NCBI RefSeq assembly: GCF_009914755.1
Contig: NC_060926.1
Reading direction: 5' to 3' (one strand)
Origin: the human T2T-CHM13v2.0 reference genome, Homo sapiens
Length of the DNA stretch: 64,000 bases
Part shown: positions 1 through 14,915 of the stretch, piece after piece
Layout: the number at the start of each line of letters is the position of its first letter
Position numbering within the stretch: the stretch's first letter is position 1
Made by a program: the position numbers and the translations under genes
Notes under the pieces: model-generated
Databases searched by the model: none
Told to the model about the DNA's origin: nothing
The model's input: only the letters and a program-made list of their open reading frames with translations

Positions 1-1109
1 CTTTGAATAGATTAAATTATAATAGATTAAAATATTCTAAATTATAATAGAATAGATGATAATGGAATCGATTTAAATACTCTAACATCAATTGGTAAAA
101 TGCTTTCCATAAAAGTCACACAAATTGGCACTCCACCATCAAATTATGAGACAGCCTGTCTCATAGCAACCCACCTCATATCTGGTCAGAGTATTACAGC
201 AAGATGCAGAGAAAGATATAAAATAGTATAGCATATAAGTCTGAGAGGGAGGCAACTGTCAATCTTGTTGCAGGATCTGTAAAAACCAGGGCTAAAGAGG
301 AAGGACTTGAACTATTTGGTAGAACTGAAATGGAGAGGCATGCAATCTTAATTTCCTTCAAAATTTGGCCAAAACCTAGCTTCTTCATAGTTTCTTGAAA
401 ATATGTGATTGCTGCTAATTTAAGATTGAAAGCCTGATTAACATTCAGTCTCTTACCTTCCCATATTCTACCAACTTAGCCCAATTACCTATTGTGCTAA
501 TACCTGCTTCTCTTTGAAATGCAAAATCACAGTGAGACTAATGAAATGAGAACATGTTCCAAATATTGGATCATTTCCTGGTGATGATGTGACAATAGTG
601 AACTCTGAAACTAGGGCTGATAACATCATCCTGAGTCATGGAAACTCTAAACATCAACCAGCCTCTCTCTTTCCTCTCATCCTTTATCCTCTTTCCACTC
701 CATCTCTGCTGATTCAGCTTACAGGATGTCTGCTGTATCTGTCATACTCCCTCCACACCAACAAATTGGTTTGGGTCCTCCTCAGTCTCTGGTAGGATCA
801 TTGCCATAGTTTACTAACTGCATCCCCAGGTTGTTTTCCACTCAGACCTCGACAGGGCTGATTCCCTATCCTAACTAAAGCCCTTGCTGACTTTCTACTA
901 CAAACAGGACAAAGGTGATCCAAAGGTATGTTGGTCAAAGCAGAAGAGTAGAACTTACTTAAAATTTCATTTTCTTGATTTACAATTGTAAAATATTTGA
1001 TATATGGCATATTGACATCTATTTACACCCTTGCCTTATGCCCCCAAATTGGTAAGGTTGACTGAACTCTAATATGTCCAATTAACTAGTTTCCTTCAAT
1101 AGCATTTTT

Positions 1110-2020
1110 AATCATGTTTATTGAGATATAATTTATATGTAATAAAATTTTCCTTTTCAAAGAGCACAATTCAGTAGGCTTTAATATATTCACAGAGTTG
1201 TACTATCAGCACCACTATCTAATTCCAGAACATTTTGTCAACCCCAAAAAGAAAGCCCATACCCATTACCAGTTACTTCCCAGTATCCCTTTTCCCAGCC
1301 TCTAGAAACAATTGTCTACTTTATTTTTCTATGGATTTGCCTATTCTGAACATTTCACATGGAATTATACAATATGTGACCTCTTACATTTGGCTTTTTA
1401 AACTTAACATAATGTTTCCAAGGTTCATTCATGTGGTATATAAATCAGGGCTTCATTCCTTTATATGGCTAGATAATATTCTATTGTATGGATATACCAC
1501 ATTTCCTTTATCCATTTATCAAATGATTATCATTTGGGTTCTTTCCACTTCTGGGAAAGTATGCATAATGTTGCTATGAACATCCATGTACAAGTTTCAT
1601 GTGGACATATATTTATTATTCTCTTGGAACTATATGTAGGAGTGGACCTGATGCATCATATGGAAACACTACGCTTAGCATTTTGAGGAACTGCCAAACT
1701 GTTTTAAAAGTGGCTACACAATTTACACAATTTTACATTCCCGCCAGCAATATATGAAGGTTCTAATTTCTTCATATCCTTGCTGATATTTCTTATTGTC
1801 CATCTTTTTTATCACAGCAATATTAGCGGGTGCAAAGTGGTATCTAATTTGGTTTTTGCTTGTGTTTCCCTAATAACTAATAATGTTGAGCATATTTTAT
1901 GTATACTAGCCATTCGCATATCTTCTTTTGAGAAATGAATATTTGAACTGTTTGCTTGTTTTTTTTAACTGGTTTACTTGTCTTTTTATAGTTGAGTTAT
2001 AAGCTTTCTCTAAATATTCT
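1110..2020 (-). mobile_element. Old L1M (L1MB/MC-like) 3' end fragment
   Basis: Reverse-strand L1 3'UTR/ORF2-end motifs (tttattgagatataattt, ttttgaggaactgccaaactgtttt, ccagcaatatatgaaggttc). Confidence 0.85.
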
Positions 2021-2029
2021 AGTTAAATA

Positions 2030-2735
2030 ATATTCTTTTGTATTTTTATCCTACTTGGAGTTTATTGAGCTTCTTGGATATGTAGATGTATATCTTTCAT
2101 CAAATGTGGCATGTTTTCAGCTGTTATTTCTTCAAATATTCTTTCTGCTCCTTCCTATCTTTCCTTTTTCTCAAACTCTCATAATGCGTATACTGGTATC
2201 CTCTTTCTCAAACTCTCATAGTGTGTATGTTGATATGAATGTCCCAGGGAAAAGCATCTTTGTACTTAAATTCTGAGTCAGATAAAATAAAGACAAGACC
2301 TGAGAGTGGGAGTTTGCAGGGAGCTAGCAGAAAGGTCAAATTATGACAATTTGGGGAGAATAAAGTTTTGTCCCTTCCAGTAGTTGCTAGGCTGGTTGAA
2401 ATTCTATTTAACATTATAATCATTAAACAGTGATATTTGGTAATAGTAGTGACCTAGTAGTGACTAGGCTACTGGTTTGCACAACTACTATAATCACATA
2501 TTCGTTTTCAAGCTGGGAAGAGGGGAATGAAAATAAGGCAAGTTAAATGCCACACAGCTCACTGTTCTTGCTGAGATTCAGCTAATCTTTCCCCGGAATA
2601 AATGCTCCTCAGATTGTTGCAAGCCTTTCTTTAATTTCCTGAGTTCTAGAAACATTGATTTTGGCCATTTTTGTCAGTGCTTTCTTGCTTTTTTGGAGAA
2701 GTAGATTTTCAGAGGTCTTTACTCCACCATTTCAG
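2030..2735 (-). mobile_element. Old L1M 5'/ORF1-region fragments
   Basis: ttggagtttattgagcttcttggatatg...atttcttcaaatatt and ttaatttcctgagttctagaaacattgattttg resemble L1M internal consensus. Confidence 0.6.
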
Positions 2736-3389
2736 TAGTACTTCTTTTCCCCCCTATCATTCTTAGACACTAGAAATGGGGTTTAAGTGGTTTATTTTAT
2801 CATGTATATTGTTGTCAGGTAAAATTTCTTGGGTGCTCCACCACTTGCCAGGTCCTCTTTCTTCAAAGGTATCTTTTTGAGTCCTCTAAAACTTAAAATA
2901 TAAAATTAATTCTCAACTTATTTTTTATTATCAAAAAGTCACTACTATTACCAAATATCACTGTTCAATGACTATAATGTTACATAGAATTTCAACCTGA
3001 CAGAATCCAAAGACTTGAAAATTTTAACCAAACATATGGCATGGGTGGAGCGTTGTCCAATTACGAGAGAAATATTCTATTATCTAAGATTTTTGTCCTA
3101 ACAGCAAAAATTACTACCTTGTGTATACCTTCTTTATACTCTTCATCCCTGCAGAATTAGTTTTCTCCTACTTCTTCAAAACACTTATCTATAGACCCAC
3201 AGATTTAGTGCTGATATTCAGCAACCTTCAGCAATGATCCAGAGATCTGTATGGATATCTCAGTCCAGATGAACAGACTGCACACAAAGTAGATTAATGC
3301 AATAGATTAACCAGCCACTAGGATGAAAACAAAACAGAAGATTCCTCAGTGAATGTACAATAACCAGAAAGGTAAATTGTATGTGGGAT

Positions 3390-3635
3390 TATAATTGGAG
3401 GTTAAGAGCTAAAACATGGATTTTAGAAAGTCATGGTATCAAATATGGCTCTACCCCTTACCAGCTCTGTGACTTGGGGAAGCCACTTTACTAGGTAAAG
3501 CCTCTATTTCCTCTCTGCAAATAGAGGTAATGCCTGCTGCATTAGGATTTTGTGCAGAATAAATGGGATAATGCATGTGTAGCATACAGTGTAGTGCAGG
3601 GCTTATAATAAGCCCTCAGTAAATCATAGTGTTAG
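3390..3635 (+). mobile_element. MIR SINE
   Basis: MIR core: cttaccagctctgtgacttgggg...cctctatttcctctctgcaaatagaggtaat. Confidence 0.75.
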
Positions 3636-4274
3636 CTAGTAACCTGAATACTCCCATCCCTGAGCACACTGATTAACTTCAGCTGTATGAATATATTTCA
3701 GTTTTGAAAAAGAAGGTATGTTTCAAAGGTGAGATTATTGCCTATAAGTAGTCTCCATTTCCCACCTCAGAGATCTTTCTCAGGATAACTCATATACATG
3801 AATCTCCCTTGTGTGTACTACATGCTACCTTATTATAAACCACAGACTTCGAGAAAACATATATTCCATTCATGCATGCATAAATATAGCATCAACATTT
3901 ATTGTGCATCTTGTGGCAGGCACTAATCTCAGCACTGGTGTAGGGTGATGAACAAGGTCCCTACCCTCATGGGGATAACCTTCCAGTAGATGATGCAGGC
4001 AGATTATAGGGACTCCATTTCATCATTAGAGACTCAAAAACCTAAGATTTTAAGCCAAATATTTCACTAACTCCCTCATAGCTTGAGCTCTGTTGCTATT
4101 CATATTTCATCCAGGAGGCCCCCTATAGTGGGATTTGAAAGTCAGAGTGAAAATCAGGAGTTAGGTGCTCAGTTTCTGCTGTTCCTGCCAGAGGTGTCAG
4201 GTTATCTGCAACATCTGTAGCAAAGGCCCTAATATCCTATCTCTAGCTTCACTTGTTTCAAGAAACAAAGATGA

Positions 4275-5118
<844 letters not shown>

Positions 5119-5325
5119 ATCAGCTTCCTGATATCCAGCTTTGTGATAGTGACAGAGACATAATTGTAAACATGCTGCCATGCCCTGTGCATTACTCTCA
5201 GAAGTTCTGCCTGCTCCCCCATTCCTTCTACAAGATTTTATATGCCTGCTCAAACCAGTACAAAATTCCTTTCTGCTTAAACTAGCTGAAACAGATGGTG
5301 CTGTTACTGAATCCTGACCAAAACA
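5119..5325 (+). mobile_element. ERVL LTR33/LTR16-like 3' part (5' part probably ~4600-4660, split by the MST LTR)
   Basis: aaattcctttctgcttaaactagct motif typical of LTR33-type 3' ends. Confidence 0.5.
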
Positions 5326-5329
5326 GAGA

Positions 5330-5660
5330 AACAAATAAGAAGGAGATAAACAAATAAATAAACACGATAGGTATTGATTGCAATAAATGCTATGAAGAAA
5401 GAGTGATGAAAGATGAGGAAAGATTTTTCAGATGGACTTCTTTCAAAAAGCTCCTTTGACAAGATGAATTTAAACAGAGACCTAAAGGAAAGGAGGAGCT
5501 AAGAGAAGAGTCAGGGAAAAAGACTTCTAGGTAAAGCAAACATCAGCAGCAAAGGCCCAAAGATGGGGAAGGGTTTGTTGATTTGACTCATAAGAGAGGA
5601 GAGCATCTTTGGAAATTTGGGACAAATGGCACACGATGAGGCTAGAAAACTATGCAAGGA
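5330..5660 (-). mobile_element. L2 fragment
   Basis: aaatgctatgaagaaa...aacagagacctaaagg...cagcaaaggcccaaag; strand by usual L2 convention. Confidence 0.6.
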
Positions 5661-5896
5661 CCAGAACTTCTCAAAGTGTGGTCCAGGAACTGGTGCCAGT
5701 CTGTAAACTATTTGTTGCTGATCTGTGATAAGCACAAAAATTAAGAATAAATATTTAGAAGTTTTATAGCAATATGACATCACCATAACATTCATGCAAC
5801 ATTTCTATTATATTTAAAGAAACTATCAGTGCATAACGGATTAGAAATTTAAAACACAAAACAGGTTCTTCACCACAGATAGTTTGAGAAGCATTG
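5661..5896. mobile_element. hAT-Charlie non-autonomous DNA transposon
   Basis: Terminal inverted repeats cagaacttctcaaa ... tttgagaagcattg. Confidence 0.7.
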
Positions 5897-5906
5897 TTCT
5901 ATATGT

Positions 5907-6131
5907 TTAGCCTCTCAAACTTTTCCTTTAAAGAACCCAATAGTAAATGTTTTAGGCTTTTCAGGGCCATAGAGTCTCTGTTGCAACTACTCAGCCCTGC
6001 CATGGTAACACAAAAGCAGCCATAGATAATATATGAACAAATGGGTGTGGCTCTGTTTCCATAAAACTTTATTTACAAAAAAACACATGGTGGCAGATTT
6101 GGGCCTGTGATCTGTAGTTTGTCAACCCCTG
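5907..6131 (+). mobile_element. MER58A (hAT-Charlie)
   Basis: atagtaaatgttttaggcttt...gtctctgttgcaactactcagc...aaaactttatttacaaaaa...tagtttgtcaacccctg. Confidence 0.88.
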
Positions 6132-9100
6132 TTCTAGGCCACAGGAAGGAGATTGGACTTGACTTTAAAGCCAACAAAACCACCTGATTAACTGAGGCCA
6201 TCCTTTACTCTTGATCACCCCTCATTACTGCCTACACATATTCATAAAGTCTTTGTGTGACTGACTCAAAATCAGAAAGGACCTTGGAACTCCTCTCAGC
6301 TCTAATTCCATGTTCCTCTCATAGCAATCTTGTAAGTGAAGTTCCTGCTTACAGGACTTGTGTCCAAAGGCAGACTCCATTTTGTCTCTTACCTGCATCC
6401 CCCAAAATGATGATGACACCATATACTCTGTGTTAACCTGATGAGCCACTCAGAGCCCCACATGAGGTCACAGCCTTATGTTCTCCAGGACCTGGCCAAT
6501 CAATCACAGGTTCATATAGTCCTCTGAGTCATTAAGTCACCTCCACTGCCCCATTTTCAGAGGTGTGCCATCCCACTTTTCTTTTTCTGCAAGGCTGTGC
6601 TTTTGTCCAAGTGAACCTCCGTGGCCATGGTACACCTCTGATGCTGTTATGTCTGAAATAGTTGCATTGGACAGGCAGCACACCACATATATAACCTTGT
6701 TTTTCTCTGGGCTCAAAACACAGCCACAGGCAGGAAAGCTTTCTGCGTTCACACATGTCTCTGTTGCATGGCACCCATTTCATAAACACAGCCCACCAAG
6801 CACACAGCAGAAAGCCTATTCCCTCCCACTCTGGAGCGTATACTACTTTGTGTGTGAGGAGGTGGACTCTTCCCAGCAGGTCTCTCACACAGAGGGTACA
6901 GAGCTGAGGCAGCTCTTTCTGAAATCTCTTTTATTTAAGGTTTCTTTCATTGACTCAGGACAAACTTAATGGGTAAAACTTTGCTGTTGCAAGTTTCCTT
7001 AAAATATCCCCTTCTGGGCCTACCACCGTTTATCTTGGCAGCAGGTAGCTTGGAGAATTTTGGAAAGTCTCAGCTTGGCATAGCCTCAGAGCTACTGGCA
7101 CATTAAAGATTAATAAAGCACATTTAACTGAGCTCAGGACGCTGCAATGTGATCCTTCACCGTGAAATGTGCAAGATTCTTTGTTTGCAATGAACAAAAT
7201 TGGAGCCAGAAAAGGCCTACCGTGACAAGCTAAGATAGGGAACAATCAGGAACTTTGTATGTCTTTCATTGATCAATTGATGGTTAGGAATCAATGCCCC
7301 TGCTCAGCCATACTCCAACTTAGCATTCTTAGGAATTTAAGATAGGTGTCTGAGTATGATCCAAGAGCTGGGTATTTACTGAACTTGCAGCACCACAGAA
7401 ATCATGCAACTGCACCTGCCTCCTTAAAATATTAGAAAAGGATGATTCAGAGCGAATTCCCAAGTTAGCAGCTTCTCCAGTGAATATCAGAATAAAGCAA
7501 GGCATTTCCAAATATTTTGACTTTGCTTTAGTAAACCAGAATGCTTGGGTCTGGCTGAATATTAACCCAGGAAGAGGGAAAAAAGAAAAAAAAAACACGA
7601 TTGACATGCATAGTGTGCGGCTGGCTGCGGAATGAATCAGACAACATGAAAATTAAAATAAAAATTAATCAGGCATGTACATCATAACTGTTGGTTCCAA
7701 GGAGGAATTAATCTCCAGGCACCTGGATACACAGCAGCAAGTACTAGGCTAGGTCAGCAAAGGCAAACATTTAAAAATGTACCATCCTGAATTCTGGAAA
7801 GGCACTCGCAGACACCACGTGCCATGTAATGCCCTGTGTCTATTTACATAGTGAGTGTGATCCCTTCATGTCCTCCAGAAAAATCACAGGCAAACTCTGC
7901 ACGCTGCAAATCAGAGCTCCAGACCAGAGCACTTAACACATTGGGTGCTTTCCTCTATACCAACATCAACATTCAAGGAACAAAAAAAAAAGAAGAGAAA
8001 ATTCTGTCCTTACCGAGAAGGCATACCAGACAGGGATGCTGAATGTTTCACTTTAGCCCACTCATTGCTTTCTCTTTCATTCGATCAATGTTCTAATGCT
8101 ATTGAGGAGAGTTCCTGGGGTTTTCGGATCTTCCTTCAAGAGTTTTAATCACTGGTTTCCCCAGGCCGGGTTTAACAAACACCGCTGTGTTCTGTCAACA
8201 TTTGTATGCGGCACCACATTGGGCAACCAGCCAACACACAGAGTTTCAAGAGGCAAGGAGAGAAAACTGACACCCTGACAAACATGCTTCCCTCTTTTGT
8301 GTCCTGTAAGGTGGTGCTCAAAGTGTCATCTTTGATTCTGACGGGGGCTAAAGATAGCCTCTTTTTATGACTTTCTCTACTGCCCCCGAACGAATGCCTT
8401 GCTGGGCTGCTGGATCTGGGTTCCGCAAAGTTTGTTTTTTGTCTCACTGCCCTGAAGTTCGCCGCACAATCGCATGGTTTGCCTCTCCACCAGCTGCACT
8501 TTAAATGTATTTTAATTGGCTGGAATGTCGAAAGAATCCATTTGGCAGTCGTTTACATGTGAAGCACGCCCAGGGCAGCTGAAAGAGGCCCCAGAAGCAG
8601 CCGATTACTTCATCAAAAGCTGCAGTTTGAATACCATTGACTCCTACATAACTACAGTGAACTCAATTCTATAGGCAAGAAGGAGTAATTAATAATTTGC
8701 TGAGAAAATTCTTCATTCATCTAAATGTCAAAAAAGCAAAGGAAAAAAAATCCCTGCAGACACAACAGTTCTTCTGAAAGGCTTGATTTATAGCCGCCAG
8801 TTCTACTCTTCACAAACATTGACTTTGTATAGCATTACAGGAGGGGTGTAATGCATAATTCGGTCTGCCTGAAAAGTTAATGTAAGTAATTTTCCTTTTG
8901 AATGATCCCCTGAGATACATCGTTCTATTACCTCTTTTTACATTAGCCATATGCTACAATAAATATTGTCAATACTTCTGGCATTTCCTCATTCTCTTTA
9001 TTTTTCTTGGTTGGTTGCAATAATTAGTTTGTGGCCTCTGCTAGATCCAGCCACAAATAAATTCACCCGGAGTCAAAGTGGATAATCATCACCAAACAGA

Positions 9101-9693
9101 ACTTGCAAGCCACACTGAAGTTTAAAACACTCTGAACAATAACAACAAAAAAAGTCCATTTAAACAGATTCTAACATCAAGCTGGTGGGGAGGGGAGCAT
9201 ACACATGCACGGATACGCATGTATGTCTCAAAAAATCAAATAATGATAAAAGAAGTCATAAGATATATAAAATAACAAATAAATGGAATTGTTTTCAAAT
9301 GCTTCTTTACCATTGTTTTACTGAGAAGACTTTTCAAGAGCATAAATAAAGTAGGTTTACAGATTTAGAATCCCTGGGCATCTCAGGTAAGCCTGAGCTC
9401 ACTCCTCATTAAGAACCTCTGGTTTAGACTCAGTATATCTAGTAGGATCTCAGCACCCCAAGGATGCGTCTCTCTGGAAAATGTGAGCCAATGAACATTG
9501 TCAGATTTGTTCTGATGCCTTTTCCTCACGTCAATAAAATTGTGGTTCATAACAAGATGGCACAAGAGAAAGAATGATGTATGCAAGTTGCTTGGGTGGA
9601 TTTGTTGAACCACTCAGAGTCTAAAACCAGTACCCTGAGTGAACAGGCATCTTTAGCAGGAAAGCAGAGGAGCAGAAGACTGCGGGAAAAGAT

Positions 9694-9868
9694 CAGGGTC
9701 AGCCCCATGTGTGTGCAACCTGCAGAGTCACCCACAGTCCTGTGCTTAAAAGGGACCTGTACTTGGATTAATGCTGTACTGGCACCATCTTCAAATTCTT
9801 AACTTCTGAACAAGGGGCCCCATGATTTCATTTTGCATCAGGCCTAACAAGTTACATAGCTGGTCCTG
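9694..9868 (+). mobile_element. MER45A-like hAT-Tip100 MITE
   Basis: cagggtcagc ... gctggtcctg termini; internal cttcaaattcttaa...gaacaaggggcccc...ttcattttgca. Confidence 0.7.
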
Positions 9869-11117
9869 AGAGAGATAGTATATATCTAATCTGATGCAAC
9901 ACATGGCTGGAATTGAAAAGCACTGGGAGGAGCATACTAAGGGTGTGGGTGACAAATGCTTTCCCTACTTTTGTCTTGTGCAATGTCCTCCCTTAGATTT
10001 TGGAACCACTGAGATGGTTGAGAAGGATGATTTAGGAAGGGGGATCTCTCCAGCCAACACCAGAGGTGGGAGTGATCTGGTAGGTGGTAACTGCTGTGTC
10101 CCAAGCTAATGGCTCACTGTTTCTTGTGTGGCTATACTTCATCTGACTGGTTCAGGAAGATTTTTTGTTTCCCATACAGTCAGTTCCCCTCTGCCATTCT
10201 ATGAGCAGAAAATTCCATGAATATAACCATCTTCTATTTTAAAATTATCCTAGAACCATGATTCAGGGTTTGCTGAAGTTAAATTTAGCCCCGAATTTCA
10301 AAGGCACTGCTGACTCACTGCTGTGAGGTCTGATAATTCTGAAATTACTACAATACTATAGAATGATTAGGCATGGGTCACCTTCTGCTTCTAAAGGTGT
10401 TCTCAAAGACCTGCACTTGCACCCAGACTTGATCTGCTCCAGCCTTTGCAGAAACCATACAGAGAATTTTCCCTCTCAGAAGAGAAGTTGGTCTCAGATG
10501 TCAAGAACTTCATGTTACTGGTATCTTGTATCTGTTAGCAGGACTGCTAATGTGCTCTGACACTGGTACTTAATAAGTAAAACAGATTAGCATTCTAGAA
10601 ATAGAAGAGAATTTAGAGACTGGCTGATCCAAACTATTCTTATTTTTAAAAAGGGTAACTGAGGCAAGAAGTGATGCATGACTTCTCAGAAAGTTAATAA
10701 AACAATATGTCCAGGTTGCATACTTGCTTTTGTCACACATGTTCCTACTTTCAACTGCCCAAGTGATTCCCCATTCTGACTTGCCTAGTGACTCTGAGGT
10801 ATTTTCCTGGCTCCAGTCTACTTTTATACTTCCAGAGGTATTTCAAGTGCCCAAGTTCTAATTCCTTGTCTTACCCTTATAAGCCACTTTCACGCACAGT
10901 ACTGAGCATGCTGCACCAAGAGGAAATCTATTGTTACACAGGACACATGGCTTAGCCATCATTGATCAAGGACACCTAAGAATTCTTAGATCCCAGGACA
11001 AAAACTCCTCTCTGCCACTTACAGACCTTTAGTATGCATCCTGGTAATCTTGTTACACAGGAGAGGCAGGTGTGAGCAGCTCACAATATCCAGGAAATAG
11101 CAAAGTGATCCCGTTTT

Positions 11118-11453
<336 letters not shown>

Positions 11454-12377
11454 AAAGCGATCCCATTTTAACTCCCTCCTGGAGCTTGTAAGCTTGTGCT
11501 GCCCTTCTTTATCCACCCTCGAGTTATAGCTATCAATAGGTCAGAGGTTCCTTGGATTGGGGCTGGCCAATAGGGCCCTGTATGGGCACAAAGCAAGAAA
11601 TCATGTTCGGGTAATACAGAACAATCTATTAGAATAATCTGGTGGGTTCTGGAGGTCATAGAAACAACAGAGGTCAGAGCCAGGAAGGCAAAGTGAAGGG
11701 CGATGTATAGGAATGGGAAGGTCTTGCTGCTGCAGAGAAGCAAACCAAATTTCTAATTGTGGCTTTTCAGGCACTGACTCTGACCAGGCCTTAACTTTCT
11801 CACGAGTAGCATGAATACAGCTATGCTAACTATACCCAAGACTAACTTTGGGTGTGTACAGTGTGTACTCTTGACTTGCTCTCAATCATAGAAAATGCTG
11901 AAGTCATGGAAGCTCAGAGAGCACACAGGCTTATGTGACAAATCTCGGTCAGCTAAGCGGAGGGTCAGAATCCAAGAAGACAGATGGAGCCACAAAGTCC
12001 CAGCTTCCGGCAAACCAGAAGAGATGGCCAAATCATCGAGAAAACAGTCAAGAGCCCAGGCCACTTGAGTCCTCAGGAAATAAAGAAGCAAATCAAGGCA
12101 AACGGAGAGTGAATTGAGATACTGGTGTTCAAAAAACGCCAGCAAGAGGCTTCCGCATGGTGAAGCAGGAAGCTTGCTTATGACATGGCCAGCCTGTGGC
12201 TTAGCGATGTTGTTCAAGGGGAGTGTAAATTAAAAAAAAAAAAATTAGGAGAAAAGGCCAAAGCAGGACATTTGGTTGGTTACATTCAATGAGACTCTCC
12301 TTAATGGAGCCTATCTGAATGCCAGGCCTGCTCAGGATCACAGAGCTAGTGAGAAAGGGTCTCAGCATGGGGCGGGG

Positions 12378-12749
12378 CATGAGTCTGCTGGGAAGCCATA
12401 ACGAAGTTCCACAGACTGCAGGGCTTAGGCAACCAAAATTTATCTTCTCACAATGCTGGAGGCTAGAAATGTGAAATCAAGGTATCGGCAGTTTAGTTTC
12501 TTCTGAGGCCTCTCTCCTTGGCTTGCAGATGGCTGTCTTTTTCTCCGTGTCTTTTCATAGTGCCCTTCCCTGTGTGTGTCTGTTTCAATCTCCTCTTCTT
12601 ATAAAAACACCAGTCATACAAGATTAAGGCCCGCCCATATGACTTCATTACCCTTTTTAAATCCTATCTCCAAATATAGTCACATTTTGAGGAAACAAGG
12701 GTTAGAGCTTCGATATATGAATCTGAGGGCATAATTCAGCCCATTAACA
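12378..12749 (-). mobile_element. MaLR solo LTR (MLT1B-like)
   Basis: gccataacgaagttccacagactg...ttcttctgaggcctctctccttggcttgcagatggc...aattcagcccattaaca. Confidence 0.85.
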
Positions 12750-12799
12750 GGTGGTTTTCAGATCATCTGAGAACTGGCCAATATTTGTTCCTCTTACTG

Positions 12800-12980
12800 T
12801 ATTGACAGACTGTGCTAAGAGCCTTGAGGGCCATTTCTAACTTACTCCAAAACCACCTTACTATTAGTCACTTACAGATGGGGAGACTTGGGCTTGGAGA
12901 GCTTAAGAAATTTGTTGGAGGATACAGAGCAGAGCCATTATGATTTCAGAGCCCAAGCTCTTAACCTGACATTTAGCTGC
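12800..12980 (-). mobile_element. MIR SINE
   Basis: cacttacagatggggagacttgggcttggagagcttaag. Confidence 0.65.
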
Positions 12981-13494
12981 CTTTCTGGAAGCCAGGTATG
13001 TTGATACATTTGATTAGCATGATTCCTAAAACACCTAGTTCCCAGAATCAGTATATCATGCTCTCTGAGCTCCTGGGACATGGCCATGATAGTTCCAACT
13101 TATCTAGCATGTATTGAGCATCTACGGAAGAGGCCAAACTTTTCTGCTTGCTGGTGATTTTGCCCAAAGATGACAAGGGTAGTCTCAGGGGTAAAGTAAA
13201 TTGATCACTAAGTTTCAGAGAAAGATGAGCCCTAAAGAACTGAGCTAATGACTTCATCTCTACTGAGGAGCTTCCCATGGCTAGGAAGAGAGGCTGAAGG
13301 CTGATGGGAAAATTTTAGGTTGATGTTCAAAATTCTGGGACCTAAGGTATGCTTTCCTGATACAAGCCCTAGATGCTATAATTTAGAATCACACAAGAAG
13401 CCCTGGGCAAATAGAAGATCACATATGAGGAAGGAAGAGAGGGAAAGAAGGAAGGGAGGAAAAAAGGGAAGAAAAGGAGGAGACAAGGTAAAAA

Positions 13495-13700
13495 GCATTT
13501 GACTAACACCTGCCATGTGGCAGGTATTATTTTAGACACTACTTGTATTGCCTTTTTTAATCCTCACAAAATGCTATGCAGTCAATTTTATTTATCCTCA
13601 TTTTACCAATGTATAAACTGAGGCTCAGATGAGTCAAAACTTTTGCTCACATTGTCACAGCCAGAAATTGACAAGGCCAAGATTTAAACTCTGCTCTATC
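13495..13700 (-). mobile_element. MIR SINE
   Basis: ttaatcctcacaaa...cctcattttaccaatgtataaactgaggctcag. Confidence 0.75.
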
Positions 13701-14699
13701 TATGTTTTCCTTAAACCTCCCTGCCAAACCTTATTTTTCCTTAAACCTTCTTGCCAACTCTGAATTAAACAACACAAAGCAAGTAAGTAAGCAAGAAGCT
13801 TATGCTAGCAGCTGATTGGACCAGGCTGCATGACGTGGTCCCTTTAATGGCAGCCTCCTCTGCCACACAAGTCTGTTGCTTATGGAGGTCAACACCTCTG
13901 GGTGTGAAACCAGGACATTGATTTCAGAGTAGATTGGCTGCTGGTGAGGCAGTGCAATCCAGTATGAACTGAAGTGAGAAAGGTCAGAGAGACTGTCTGC
14001 TGATGGATAAGGGCACAGGGCTATTTCTCTGATAACAAAATAAATGGAGTTTATTGATGGGGTTCACTTACTTTATGCAAATGATTCTTCCCTGTGTATT
14101 TATTCCTTTGTCACATGGGGATTTGCCTTGGTAAAATATACCAGCTCCAACCACCAGGGAAAATAAATCTTACCAGCCATTCAGAAACCAGACTCCATAT
14201 TCAGAGTTGGATGAGACAACTTTTTAGTGAAATCAGTGGGCTGCTGAGCTCCAGGGAATTCAGATGTTGTTTACCCAGTGAATAGACAATGATTTATGGC
14301 CAGAAAAGAGAGAGGGGGAGAGAGAAAGCAGAGAAAGACTCTAAATTGTATTTGTATTCAATGACAGTACTTTAAAACATCGATATTTAAACAGTTGTCA
14401 GAATATTAGGGCTCATTCAATAATTCACTAATATTTTATAAATCCACAGATGGTACACCATATACGGTGGTAGGTGCTGAAAACAAATATAGTTACAACT
14501 TTCACTTTATCTTGTCCACTGAAGAATTCATCAAAATAATGAAAGATAAATGAAATAATTGCTATGCAATTTTGAAATCCATTTTCAATGAGCAGTTCTT
14601 CCTAATTATTGTCACAAATAGGATCATAATGAGTGCTTGTATCCTCCAAAGACTGGATACTGATTAGTTGAGAAAGCAGTTCAATAGCATGCTTGAAAG

Positions 14700-14915
14700 C
14701 CAATTTGTGCACAGTGCTTTCTATGTAACAAGCCCTGTCCCAAGTGCCTTGGCTAGAATAGCTCTATGGAGATAGGTACCTTTATTACTGCCATTTTACA
14801 GATGGAAGAACTGAGGCACAATTGTTTATCTTCACTCACAATGACGTAAGTGGGAGAGCTTGTGTCAAACCCAGGCAGTCTAGCTCCTAAACACTGCTTA
14901 TCCAGCCACTCACGA
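14700..14915 (-). mobile_element. MIR SINE
   Basis: ccattttacagatggaagaactgaggcaca...aacccaggcagtctagctc. Confidence 0.8.

Noticed and set aside
1235-1579. 114-aa ORF
   Set aside because: Antisense frame inside a decayed L1 3' end; no recognisable protein family.
4180-4200. CTCF-like cctgccagaggtgtcag
   Set aside because: Mismatches in the GGC core; much weaker than the 17952-17970 site.
6532-6969. Overlapping 118-134 aa ORFs on both strands
   Set aside because: No domain-like content or exon support; lengths expected by chance in 64 kb.
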